Shown: piece by piece, positions 37,606-50,190 of the stretch
How the letters are laid out: each line of letters begins with the position of its first letter
How positions within the stretch are numbered: the stretch's first letter is position 1
Assembly: GCA_030390025.1 (NCBI GenBank)
Contig: CM059431.1
Span: forward strand, 146,508,001-146,572,000
Direction: 5' to 3'
Length of the DNA: 64,000 bases
Origin: Squalus acanthias
Taxonomy: Eukaryota
Position numbers and translations under genes: made by a program
Notes under the pieces: model-generated
Told to the model about the DNA's origin: nothing
What the model saw: only the letters and a program-made list of their open reading frames with translations
Databases searched by the model: none

Positions 37606-39860
37606 GAGTTGCACATTCTAACCACTCTCGCAGTAAAATTAATGGATGGAAAATTTTGGGACCGTGTTACAAACTCTCAAAATGTTTTCCCAGCATACAA
37701 AGTGCTGTGCCAGACGCACTAAAAATGAAACTTTACCCTATAACTTTGTGCAAACTTTTCCTTTACAACATTCAGAACAGAGCTGCCTGGTGGCACAGTA
37801 CATTGGAGCTACGATGCACTTGCCATGGTAGTGGTAGGATGCAGCTTTGCATGAGCGATTCCCCATATAGGACTTGGGCTCCTCATGGAGGCCAAGAACT
37901 TTGCCAGAGGGAAGGTGGAAAACAAATCCAAAAGCACTGCAGAACATTATAATGTGTGCTTAAGCTGCAATTCATACACCTTGAGTGGAATTTAAAAAGA
38001 AAATCACCAGAAAATGCTGGAAATATACAGGGCAGTCAGCATCGGAAAGATTATTTAATTAAAAAGACATTTTAAATCTGTGATATGAAAGATCCCAAAC
38101 ATACCAAAGCTTCTAACCCCCAAAAACTAATAAAAGTTGATTTCCTGTCAACTTTCCCATTATAAATTCCTACGTCCACATTTATAATGGAACTGCCAAG
38201 CTGTAATTACACCATCTCCCCAGTGGCGGTGATCCAATTATGCGCCCCTCTCTAAACCCACTTCACCTGAAGACGGCACGGACTCAACTCCCCATGTGCA
38301 ATGGCATCGGAGAAAATCGAACAGCATCTATAAAATAAGCTTTGTACCTGTCAATTTTCTTCTTCCTCATTGGTTGATGGTGTGTAGTCTATTCTTCTTC
38401 TTTCATTATCTCAAATCATATTGCACAAAACCGTTCTTCCCCTCCCAAAAAATTTATCCCCAACAACACTGCAGCAAAACAGAACTGATAAAACGCCCCA
38501 CCCAAATCTACAGTACCTGCCCTGGGAATATTTGATGTTGCAGTAGAACGAAAGCTATACCCTATATTTAACTCGTACTGTACCTGCCATGAGAGTGTTT
38601 GATTGGACATTGTAGCGGGAGCTTTACTCTGTATATTAAACACATCGAGTGGGAGGGAGTCCAGCTGTTTTGTGACATTTCTCCTGGACGCAGTGTGATT
38701 GGCTACTGTCTCATTTGTGATGTCATCTCGAGACAGGTTTCTGCCTCTGGTTGCACACCATCAGTGGGATGTCAATGCGGGCGGAGCTGGATTTGGCATC
38801 AGATATTGTGAGTGATTTTATTGCCTAGAAATAGGGGCAAAGAAAAGTACGATTTAACATTAAATTAAGTAATTCAAACACGTTGTAAATATTATCAAAT
38901 TAAATATATTAATAATCACGAACACAGTCCCATTGTTTTCCTTTAACAGATTCTATAATCAAGATGAATCATATTTATGTTAAAAGTTTATTTGATTGAT
39001 CAGTATCCTAGGAAGGTGGAGAGAGAGAATTCGAATCATCACTACACTAACTGGGACTGGAGAAAGGTCGTTAGGTTGGGTTCAAGATCCCCAGTGTCGA
39101 CGACCAGAAATGGGATTTTCAACAATGATTGGAAATGTGAGGATGTTTACTGAGAATCTCTTCAGTCGATGATTTTGCTGAGGTGAGAGTCTAACAAGCT
39201 ATTGGGAGAAGTTTAGCATCTGGCACAATACCTGGCCTTTGATGCGTTAATTTGACTGGGAATTCTCTGGTATATAAAACTAACCAATATCTCTAGTTAT
39301 TGACCCACTCACCAGAGGGAATAGTATTTCTGTATCTACTCCATCAAACCTCACATCATCTTGAAAACCTCTATTAGGTCACCTCTTAACTTCCCTGTTC
39401 CAAGGAGAACAGTCCTGACTTTACCAACTTCTCCTCATAAATGAAGACCCTCATCCCTGGTAATATCCTGTTAAAACTCCTCTGTCCCCTTTCCAAGACA
39501 TTTACATATTTCCTGAAGGGTGGTGTTGTAATGGTCAACAATGCTCCAACTGATGCTTTACCAGTGATTTATAAATTTCTAGCATTATCACTTTGCTGTT
39601 ATATTCTGTCCCTCTATTTATGAACCCAAATAAATCATTTCATTTTTAACAAACTTCTCAACTTATCCTGCCACATTTAAGGATCTGTATATGGACAACA
39701 AGGTTTCTCTGATCATTTACAATTTTCAAAATTGTGCCATGTATATTTTACTGTCTTTCCATTTTAGTCCTCCCAAAGAATTTAATCAAAATAGCCTAAT
39801 GGAATGCTGGTATTTATATCCAGAGGACGACAATATAAAGGGGAGAAGTTATTGGCAGTG

Positions 39861-42800
39861 CTCCTTAAAAAAATTACGGCCTCGGCATACCAGCGAAACT
39901 GCCACCTCCTCGACCTTCCAGGCCTCGGTGATCCCTCACCGTCTGACCTCCTCTCCCACATGCTCTCCCTCACCGACGAGAGCCCACCCAGATCCCTCTG
40001 CCGCATGCTGTTCATCCGCCAGCTACCTCTCAGCATCCGCCCAGCGATCGTGGCGTCCGGCCTGACGGACCTGGAACCCCTGGCCGATGAGGCCGACAAG
40101 CTGCTGTCCGCTCACTCCAGCCGCAAAGTCACTCCGGACCTGGCAGCCAATGCCTGGACGCAAACCTCACCGGCCACCACGCGGCCACAAGGACCAGCCA
40201 CCAGGCCCACGGGGCCTTCGCGCCCCACTAACCCCGGCCACTGTTACTACCACGCACAGTTCGGCGCCAGGGCACAACGGTGCACACCTCCCTGCTCTTT
40301 CATGTCCGCCCCCGTACCAGCCCCCGCGATGGCCGTGGGCCACGCGGGCTCCCTGCTGTACGTCACAGATGACAAAACCGGCCGCCGGTTCCTGTGCGAC
40401 ACTGGAGCTCAGCACAGCATCATCCCGGTCTCCTCCCTCGACATCCAAAAGGGCAAACGAGGACCGGCGCTGGCTGCGGCTAATGGCTCGGAAATCCAGA
40501 AGTACGGCACCCGGACAGTCACCCTCGACCTCGCTGGTCGCCGCTACCGATGGGAGTTCATCACTGCCAAGGTGCTCTCCCCTCTCATCGGCGCAGATTT
40601 CCTGTGCGCCCACGGCCTACTGGTAGACATCCCTCGATACCGCCTCGTGGACTTGAACACCATGTCCCCCATCCTGGGCGCCATGGCCCCCCGTCAACCC
40701 GCCGACATGGCATCACAGTGCCACGCCCGGGCCACGGATGACTACTCGGCACTCCTGGGTGAATTCCCAGCCCTTACCAATCCGAACTTCTCCGCGGAGG
40801 CTGCCAAACACGGGGTGGAACACTTTATCCCCACCACAGACCCCCCAGTGTACGCCCACGCCCGTAGGCTGGACCCGGCCAAACTGGAGATCGCGCGGAC
40901 TGGGTTTGCCACCATTGAACAGCTCGGCATCATCCGCCGCTCCAACAGTCCCTGGGCCTCCCCACTCCACATCGCCCCCAAACCAGGCGGGGGTTGGCGC
41001 CCCTGCGGGGATTACCTCCACCTCAACGACGCCACCACCCCGGATCGGTACCCTGTGCCACACATCCAGGACTTCTCGGCTAGACCGGCCGGCCGCTCAG
41101 TCTTTTCCAAGGTCGACCTGGTGCGCGGCTACCACCAAGTCCCTGTCCACCCCGCGGACGTCCCCAAGACGGCCGTAATCATCCCCTTCGGCCTTTTCGA
41201 GTTCCTGTGGATGCCCTTCGGCCTCAAAAACGCGGCCCAGGCATTCCAACGGCTCATGGACTCGGTCCTTCGGGACCCGAAGTACCTGTTCGTCTACCTG
41301 GACGACATCCTGGTAGCCAGTTCCTCCAAGCAGGAACACCTCGAACACCTTCACATCCTGTTCGGGCGCCTCAGCAACCATGGGCTCATCCTCAGCCCAG
41401 CCAAATGCCAGTTCGGCCTGGACAAGATCGACTTCCTTGGCCACCACATCACCCATGCTGGGGCCATTCCCCTGCCCACCAAGGTGCAGGCCGTCCAACA
41501 AATTCCCCGCCCCACCACCATCAAAGGCGTCCAGGAGTTCCTCGAGATGGTGAATTTCTACAAACGCTTCATTCCCAAAGCGGCGTCCCTCATGAGACCC
41601 CTGTATGAAGCCCTCCGGGGCAGGAGCGGCAAGATGGCGGTCGAATGGACGGCAGACGCATCAGCTGCCTTCGACTCCACCAAGACCGCGCTCGCCAACG
41701 CCACCCTGCTCGCGCACCCATGGCCCAATGCCAGGGTAGTGCTCACCACGGACTCCTCCGACCACGCGGTCGGTGCCGTGTATGAGCAGTGGGTCGACGG
41801 CAACTGGCAACCACTTGCCTTCTTCAGCCGCTAACTATGCCCCCCCCGGAGGTCAAGTACAGCACCTTCGACCGCGAGCTCCTCGCGCTGTTCCTGGCGG
41901 TCTGCCATTTTCGTTTTTTGCTGGAGGGCCACCCCTTCACTGCGTTTGTCGACCACAAGCCCCTGACATTCGCAATGGCAAAGACAAGCGACCCCTGGTC
42001 CGCCAGGCAACAGTGCCAGCTCGCAGCGGTGTCCGAGTTCACCACGGACATCCAACACGTCTCTGGCCGAGACAATGTGGTAGCCAACTGCCTCTCCCGC
42101 ACCGCCATCCACGCCGCACACCTGGCAGTCGACTACGCTCAGCTCGCAGCAGACTAGATCACCGACCCTGATCTGCTCTCCGCACCTACCAACCTACCAG
42201 GGCTATGCCTGGCCAACGTCGCCTGTGCCCGACCGCAGTCACGGTCAAGTGTGACATATCCCTATGTCAACCTCGGCCCATCGTCCCAGCGTCCTGGCGC
42301 CACCGGGTATTCGAGATTCTGCACAACCTCTCCCACCCCGGCGCCCACGCATCCATCAAATTGGTAGCCAACCGCTTTGTCTGGCGCGGCCTTCGTAAGG
42401 ATGTGCGTACTTGGGCCAACTCCTGCCTAGCCTGCCAACGGGCCAAGGTGCAGCAACACACGAAAGCACCCCTCCAGGAGTTTACCGTCTCTTCGCGTAG
42501 ATTCGTCCACATCCACGTGGACATCGTCGGGCCCCTGCCGCCGTTGCAAGGCCACACGCACTTGCTGACGATCGTTGACCGCACCACGCGCTGGGCCGAC
42601 GCAATTCCACTGATCTCTACCACCACCGCCGACATCGCCAGAGCCTTCATCAGCACCTGGTTTGTACGGTTTGGCGTCCCCTCTGACATGACTTTGGACA
42701 GAGGTCCGCAATTTACCTCTGAACTCTGGATCGGCGTCGCACGCAATCTCGGGGTGACCATTCACCGCACCACAGCGTACCACCCCCAAGCCAACGGACT

Positions 42801-43400
42801 GTGTGAGTGGTTCCACAGATCCTTGAAGGCATCTCTTCCAGCCAGCCTCCAGGATGGCGCCTGGACCGATCGACTTCCGTGGGTCCTCCTCGGCCTGCGC
42901 ACCGCGGTTAAAGAAGACCTCCACGCATCGGCAGCAGAGCTCATGTACGGTCAGCTGCTGCACGTACCCGGCGAGTTCCTGCCCACCGCCACGACACCCT
43001 GGTCAGCCGACCAGCAACGCCACGACTTCGCCTCACCGGCGCTGCAGTTCGCCCCGGTGCCCATTGCCCGACACGTCGAATCCACCTCACATGTCCCACT
43101 AAGCCTGCACCAGGCACAGTTCGTTTTCATCCGGCACGACGCCCACCGCGGACCCCTTCAACCCCCGTACGATGGGCCCTACAAGGTGCTACATGCTGGG
43201 GACAAATTTTTCACCATGCAAGTGGGCGACAGGACCGAAAAAGTGTTGGTTGACTGACTCAAGCCAGCACACTCGGAGCCCGGTGAGCAGGTCCCTGTAG
43301 CTCGTCCACCGCCACGTGGCCGACCTGCCCTCAAGCCAGTTCACCCGGCTGCTCCACGCCCGGCCGTTCCACGTCCACCGGCGTCCTACAAGAGCTGCTC
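39861..43400 (+). pseudogene. Gypsy gag-pol polyprotein, disrupted
   Basis: Split among ORFs 39804-41834, 41789-42157 and 42205-43257 by frameshifts and stops. Confidence 0.9.
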
Positions 43401-43464
43401 CGGCTGGCCCATCAGACCACCGCAGCGTCTTGCCCACACCTCCTAAGCGGATTTTGGGGGGAGC

Positions 43465-43701
43465 TGTGTGGCGGATCGCCACCTAAACGGGCGCAAGCCA
43501 CTTTTCCGTCCGTGGACAATAAATCGGGCACCTTGCCGTTAAGGCACCTTGCCTTTAAGGCAGGAGAAAAGGAGTGGGCGGGGCCTCAGAACCTTCCAGA
43601 GTCTGGTGTGTTAGCAGCCATCTTAGCAGAGATGTATTAAAAAGCTTTTGTGTTTCGCACATGGACTCGGCCTTAATTCATGTTTCGCGGCAGCCACAAC
43701 A
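43465..43701 (+). repeat. Gypsy 3' LTR
   Basis: Follows gggggg agc PPT; begins tgtgtggc, ends gccacaaca; attaaa near 43636. Confidence 0.75.
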
Positions 43702-43919
43702 CAGTAAATAAATAACGCTTCTCTCCCTGACACTGGGGAACTATTGAGACAGACGACATAGCAAGTTTCTGTTTATTGTGAAAAATTAAAGAAAACATCC
43801 ATCCACTATCACAATTTGCTTTCTGTCACTGAGCCAATTTTGTATCCATACCGCCACGTTCCACTCAAATCCATGTGTTTCCATCTTTTTAATAAAGTAC
43901 ATATCCAGGTTTAACGATT

Positions 43920-44065
43920 ATAAAGAAAGACTTGCATTTATATAGCGCCTTTCTTGACGATCAGTCGTCCCAAAGCTCTTTCTAGCCAATGAAGTACTTT
44001 TTGAAGTAAAGTTACGGTTGTAAGGTACGAAACGCGGCAGCCAATTTGCGCTCAGCAAACTCCCA
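43920..44065 (-). mobile_element. Deu-domain SINE, 3' portion only
   Basis: Reverse-complement match to 54968-55105. Confidence 0.8.
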
Positions 44066-45020
44066 AGTACGGGGCGGTTTTGTGTGCTAGTTGGATGGAT
44101 CAGATGGGCCCCATAATCGTGGACAAGTGGGGGGGGGGGGGCGGGGAGACCGGCCCCGTTACAAGAATTTTTTCGACCCGTGCAGGAGGCGAAAGTCCAA
44201 GTCAGTAGTCTCCTGCACCTCAAGCCACCAGATTCTGAGAATCTAGACGACTTAAAAAGCTGGGGTGACATTGTCGTGTCTCTACAAAAAGAGACTCGAG
44301 ACACGCCAATCTTATACCCGGGCCCCCATCGGGGGCCGTAGAGGTTCAATGAGTCGAGGCCACCCAACCTACATGCCCCCCCCCCGAATACGCTCGTATC
44401 TAATCCACTGCAGCTCTTCTGTCTTGGCTACGAAAAATCCAACCCCATGGCCCCCATCCGAGTTAATCAGGCGGTAGGATCCCAAAACCCTGATATAGGT
44501 GGACTGGGTACGATGGACGAGGCACAGTCTTTTACGCCCCAGGAGAGATCCAGCGTCATCCTCCTCATTCCCGATCTCAAAAGACACAATTCTAACGTCG
44601 AAGTATGGGCATGAATAAGAAGTGCTGCTCGGCACTTTAATTTGTCCATACAAGACGTAAAATATATTATCGAGGTGAAATGTCCCTCTATGGTTTATGG
44701 GGCGTTGGGACACCATGTCCTAAATGCCCCAGCCACGATAGCGGAGTATGAGATCCAATTCGAAGTTTGAAAACTTGGGTTCAGACCGGACTGGACAACG
44801 GCACTGCTACCTGGACGGGGCTCACCGCCCTGCGCCAGAGTCCCGGAGAAAACCCCAATGTGTACATTGATCGAGTAATCGAGCAGTATGAACATTGGGG
44901 CCAGACGAATGACATTCCCGCTAATCACGACGACCCACGGTTTATAGATTGTCTACTCCGGGGACTGGAAAGGCCCTACCAAACCGCCCTCCGAATGAGG
45001 GCCAGCCCCCAGGAGGACAT
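44066..45020 (+). pseudogene. ERV-A gag remnant
   Basis: Major-homology-region-like RQSPGENPNVYIDRV and downstream FIDCLLRGL; upstream frame long but with stops. Confidence 0.7.
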
Positions 45021-45570
45021 ACCTGGTGGGTCACCCTGTGGGTAGGTCCCAACAGTGAGGACCTGCTCTTAGGTATGGATATTCTCCATCAGATAGAGGC
45101 AAATTTGCTCCTAAGTGATCATCTATTGGAAGTAGAGGGGCCCGAAGGGGGGAGATTTCCCTTCCAGGAATATAAAGCCCGACAATGCAGAGTAAAAGCC
45201 CTCCGTCCGGTTAAGCGCACATGGGCGGAGGAAGGACCATGGGGGAGAGTTTGCGAGGCTTTCCCTCTTGCATGGGCCCCCACAAATTAGACTGTGGTAG
45301 AGCGGAGAGGGTCCACGGTTCCTACCACGAGGCCCACCGACAATACCCACTCCGATCAGACGCTCAACGGGCCATTGAGTCCATAGTAGTGGACTTATTC
45401 GAAACCGGTATAGTGACAAAGACCCGCTCCCGTACCAACTCCCCAGTATGGCCAGTGTGGAAACCAGATGGAGACACTGGTGCCAGACGAAGCCGGTGAT
45501 GTGGCCCGGGGAAGAGATTTCCCCATCTCTTGGGGACCCTATGATTAAAAGGAAATAATAACGAGTATTG
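45020..45570 (+). pseudogene. ERV-A pol remnant (protease C-terminus and RT N-terminus only)
   Basis: LLLGMDIL; WAPHKLDCG; RQYPL...LFETGIV...NSPVWPVWKPDG, then homology stops; no YxDD, RNase H or integrase core seen. Confidence 0.8.
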
Positions 45571-45664
45571 ACCTGCCTTTTCTCCCCTATATTTGATCAG
45601 GACCGGATTTCGAAGGACTAAGTTGATTCTTCGGGGCGCTATTTTGCCTGTCTCTTTCTTACAG

Positions 45665-46330
45665 ATGAGCGGGCCCGACCTCAGTGCTGCCACCACTTCC
45701 GGGGATGTCGACCTTTCGGCGGTCCAGTTTTTCGACTTAACCAGGGATCCTGCGAACTCTCATTACTATACCACTCTGACCTTCCCCGGAACTCACCCCT
45801 TGACTCTAGAGTTCCGATTGTCTCCCTTTTGTGGCAGGGCTACAGGACCCCTCGCTCTTCATCCCAACAAAACTCAGAATTTTTTATTCACCCTACCCCG
45901 CGCAGAGGAGATAGACCGGTTCCGAGACACAGCTGCTCTTTGGGAACCGCTGGTGTCGGGACTGGAGGACCTACCCCAGGGGACATCCACCCCCTTTTAT
46001 TGACCCTCCTACCTCCGAAGGAGGACACTGCAACCTGTCTTCACACATTGCCGTCCGACGGCTACTAACCCTCACTGAATTACGATAAGTCAGGTAAGTT
46101 ACATTGAGCCACTGTCACAAGGCCACAGCCTCCGCCTCAACGCCAAGTATGAAGTAGCCTCAACCCTGCTCCGAGCCTTGCGCACACGGCTAATAGCAGG
46201 ACAGACCGAAAGGGGGCTGGTGACAGACAGGGGGTCAGAGGGAGAGAGAAAGAGAGAGCATGCTAGTTACCACAAGCTAGTGCCGAGACTGCTCAACGAA
46301 CTGGACTCTTTATGCCTAGCGGGGGTATAG
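45665..46330 (+). pseudogene. ERV-A unassigned ORF between pol and env (candidate accessory gene)
   Basis: Acceptor tctctttcttacag directly before ATG 45665; open to 46003; same frame continues through TGA 46076-46078 to TAG 46328-46330. Confidence 0.5.
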
Positions 46331-46337
46331 CGTAACG

Positions 46338-48401
46338 ATGGGATGGCTTATCATGGGAATGATGGGGTTACTGTTCGGCGAACAAACAACACCCACCACA
46401 GCGCTGGGGTCGTGCGTCGACCGGCCGGGAGCCCCCTTTTTCTGTGAGATGAACACTGGTCCATACAAAACACACAAGGGGGTCTGTACCAGTAAAATCA
46501 CAGGAAGAAAGGACAGGATATTTTGCCAGAATAATGCGGGGCGTTGGGAAACCCTTATGTACGCCTACCCTAGAGAGATGTCAAGCTTTCGGGATTACAG
46601 AACAATACGAGGAGCCCGGGCTACCACTTGTGATTCACTGCTACTGGGGTGCACATCCCCCCCCCACACCCCCGCCCCCAGTGGTTTCCATGACACAATC
46701 CTCCCCAGAGCGGGAGCCACTGACCTGCTAGTGGGATGGTGTTCATCCGTACTGGGGATATATTGTATGATAACGTGCGTCATGAATTAGTGTCAGTGGT
46801 GCTGAACCTGGCCAACACCGCCCTGCCTGCTTGGTGTTCACCACAAACCCAACAGTTATACCAGCACCTTCTAACACAGGTATTGAAACAAGGCGCGGAT
46901 CGTAGCGGAGGCAGATATAGACAGGGAAGCCGGCGGGCATGGCGACGTAAGAGGTCTTTAGTTAATGATGCAGCGACGGTCTCTAACACCAGCACATCGG
47001 CCGTTAACACCATTGATCTGGCTACCATAGATCAGAAGGTCTGGGATCTGGGTTCCCGCATTAAAGCCATCTTACAAGAGCAGAATAAGAATGAGGGCCA
47101 AGAGTTAAAGGAGGACCAGATATTAACCGTACACCTCCAGGATATAGCTACTGTATTAGAAACACACATGCAGACTATAAAAAGTTAATTAAAAAAGAAT
47201 ACAATGCCTCACAGCAGGCAGCAGCAAACGACGTTTGCAGCACATATGGGAATTGGATAGTGGAGCAAACCCGAGAAAACCTGGAACAGATACAGGCGGG
47301 GAAGGTACCGCTGTGGATTACCAACCAACAGTTGAAAGGGTCCCTGACTAGCGGGCATGCTGGGGCGGGTGTGCTCAAACGTCTCTTGAGTAGCCTCAAT
47401 ATTACAGTTTGTCAATTCCGAGCCATGGTACGGGTATACACCACGTAGGTCAAATCCAACCAGACCGGGGGGGCGGGGGGGGGGGAGGGGTCCTGGGTTT
47501 AGTTTTGGTCGTCCCGGTGATGACACCGGAGACACAAGGGTGGGAGGTATATCAGATACAAAATATTTGTATACTAAAAGATGGCATGCATATATCTTAC
47601 CACAATATATTACCTTACGCAGTGATGGTGAAAGGAAACCGGATGGGTACCAAGCTGGAGGTTATGTGTCACCAGACATGCCATCATCCTGTGTCCGCAT
47701 GCAATCAGCCAAAACCCGCAAGCCCAATGTGATTTCAACAACACAGGCATGGAAATTAACTGCACCATGGAGGCATTGGACGCAGCCTCAAAGCCCACCC
47801 AGGTGGCATACGCCGGCAAAGGCGAATACTGTGTAACGACCAACTTGAAGACTTTTGCGACATCCCCAGTCCAGAGTTCTGCTTCACACCAGCAGTTCCG
47901 GTACGGATTTGACACGAGGAGTTGGTGAACATACACCAGTTTAATATTAACTCTCTTCAAGTGTCTGAAGACATCAAGTATGGATTATGGAACTACATCA
48001 ACACCTTTGGGTATCCGATACCCCCACTGCCCGAACACCTGAGGCAGTTGCGGAAGGAGATACGGCTCTCCCAAGAGGTGTACTATACTCTGCAACAACG
48101 GAACACGGATTTAAAGAAAGATATCGACGCGATCAAGGTGACCACATGGGTGGATGACATTTGGGTCTGGGGACTAAATATACAGATCCATCCATGGATC
48201 CGATTAATTTCACATGTATTAGTCGTGGTGCAGTTAATAGTTGTCCTGACCTTGTTATGTATGACATGCAGGAAATATAAATGGACTCGGGCGAAACAAA
48301 TTGCAAAACAAGTGCTTAAAACTGCTAATGCTTATACTGCACCTACTCCAAGCGTTTCAGATGATGACTTTAACAACTTGTTGGAAAAACCAAGTGTATG
48401 A
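46338..48401 (+). pseudogene. ERV-A env / class I fusion glycoprotein, frameshifted
   Basis: Signal-like MGWLIMGMMGLLFG, furin RRKR (46943-46954), heptad region, Cys-rich middle, second heptad, Trp-rich membrane-proximal segment, TM helix LISHVLVVVQLIVVLTLLC, basic tail. Confidence 0.85.
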
Positions 48402-48760
48402 ATAATGAAGCAATCGTATAATGAATCAGGGAATGCCTAAATATTAACTTTTCTCATCTGATGCATACCTGGTGCCTCAACGGGTGGCCAATTCGATAGG
48501 ATTCACACTAGACCATATGCAACAATTGTGCGGCCTACCTAGAATAGGCAAAGGCCTAGGGGGGTGGGGGGAAGTATAGAACGAATTGGGGGGAGGGGGT
48601 TACAGGAAAACCTTCATCATTCGTGCTGTTTGATCTGGGCAAACCTATATGCGTTTCTGACATACTATAAACCCACCAGCTTATCACACTTATCGTAGCG
48701 TAGACAGCACACTCCCCAACCCCGCTTTAAGGGTCCTTTCCAGGAGTTGGAAGGGGGAAC

Positions 48761-49466
48761 TGAAAGGTCCAGCTTGTTCCCAATGAATTCTGGGATACTT
48801 GACTATGTTAACCCTCTATTTACCCATAGATTGTGTTTAGCTGACTGAAGCACATTTGCAGACTGCAAGACGCCACTTCACTTATCAAACTTCGGAATGT
48901 GTGTATTCGCAGCCTCAGTAAAGCCATTGTCTAAACACGGCCTGTCCTCCCAGGAAATAAGGGTACAATTAACAACCAACATTGTTCCAGTCACAGGGTA
49001 CATGAATCACTGCGGCCTTGTAGCCATCCTGCTTGTTCGACAGTTAAGGATAAAACATATTTTCTCAAACTATAAACTATGCCGACAACGGGGAAGAGAT
49101 AAAAGCAGGAATGTGGTGAGTAGGATGAGACAACCAACATCTGTGACTGGCATGGTCAGAGGGTATCCGAGTTTAAGGGGAGGGCCCGACAGTTGAGTGA
49201 CTAACCACATAAGCCAATAAAGAGTAACTGTTGTGTCACTGTTTGTACGTGTACGTCCACATTCTGTAGTAGGTGGGCGTTGCTTATAGAATTCTATAAC
49301 TTGAATGAACCGCTACTTGTCCCTCGAGAGTGCACCCCTAGCTTGAGGAAGCTGAGTGGCTCATCCTTGTGCACAAGTCTTTTGGTTATTGTAATAAATC
49401 CTGAACTTGTCCTCAATTCCGCCTCCATCTGGGGTTTCTCCAAATTCGAATCTAACACAGATTTCA
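48761..49466 (+). repeat. ERV-A 3' LTR
   Basis: After the PPT; tgaaa...tttca terminal inverted repeat; ccaat near 49214, TATA-like near 49285, aataaa near 49393. Confidence 0.75.
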
Positions 49467-50190
49467 CAAAGGGTTTTAGCAGTTGCAAGGCTTTTATTAA
49501 AGAGCTACAGTTTTAAAGCATAACCAGATGTTACATATGGTTTAAGCTGAGTATAACAGTCGTACAACCCGTGACAGTAGAGAGCGATCTACGACTCCCG
49601 AATCGGAATGACACGACCGGACGCACGGGGAGGCAGTACGGTGGTCTTGGATTGGGTGGATTCCTGCAGTCTGCTGCAGCGGTCACTTCCATTGGGTCAC
49701 CTCTCAAGCTGTTGGAGGTGTTAGGCCAACTCAGAGGCTAAACTTGACCAAAGTATTAGTCTGTAGCCATCTCGGCGAAGCCTTTTCCCCTAACTGACTG
49801 ATTTCCTCTCTCGATGGTCTATATTTATAGTTATTTCGGTGGGATGGTAATCACCTGGTGTCAATGATTTGATCCCCCATCCTATTGTCCAATTGTGAAG
49901 CGGGAAAGCATCCCGCACCGTCCCTTTCGGCATGACTGACAAGGCCTCCGTCTTATCTTTCTGAGGCATGTTTTGTTATGTTTCTTTAAGGACATTGTAT
50001 GACTTTTCGGCTTCATTTTTGTCTATTATCCCACCACCCTGTGTTGTTTTGCATTTTACGATTCCCTTATCACTTCTATTTTTCTTTTGATGCTTGACAT
50101 TCGACCTTGCTCGCATTTTTGCTTTCTGTTCCCAGCTGCATGTTTGTCAGTCTCTGTTCTAAGGGTTAAAATCCATCGATGAAACTAACA
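49467..50190 (-). repeat. ERV-B-family LTR, lacking the last about 35 bp of U5
   Basis: Reverse-complement homology to 63216-63918 (ataactataaatatagac, gaagtgaccgctgcagcag, ctgtagctctttaataaaa). Confidence 0.88.

Larger units (their letters stand above)
39861..43701 (+). mobile_element. Ty3/Gypsy LTR retrotransposon, CsRn1-like clade; 5' LTR missing
   Basis: Gag CYYH-X9-C-X3-C, protease LCDTGA, RT YLDD, RNase H TDSS, integrase HHCC + D,D,E and GPY; order PR-RT-RH-IN; PPT then 3' LTR. Confidence 0.95.
44066..49466 (+). mobile_element. Endogenous retrovirus-like element ERV-A (gag, deleted pol, extra ORF, env, 3' LTR); lokiretrovirus-like
   Basis: See component features; PPT ggaagggggaac immediately before TG at 48761. 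Confidence 0.85.

Noticed and set aside
40087..43482. Many alternative-frame and antisense ORFs over the Gypsy element
   Set aside because: Expected from high GC content; no motifs
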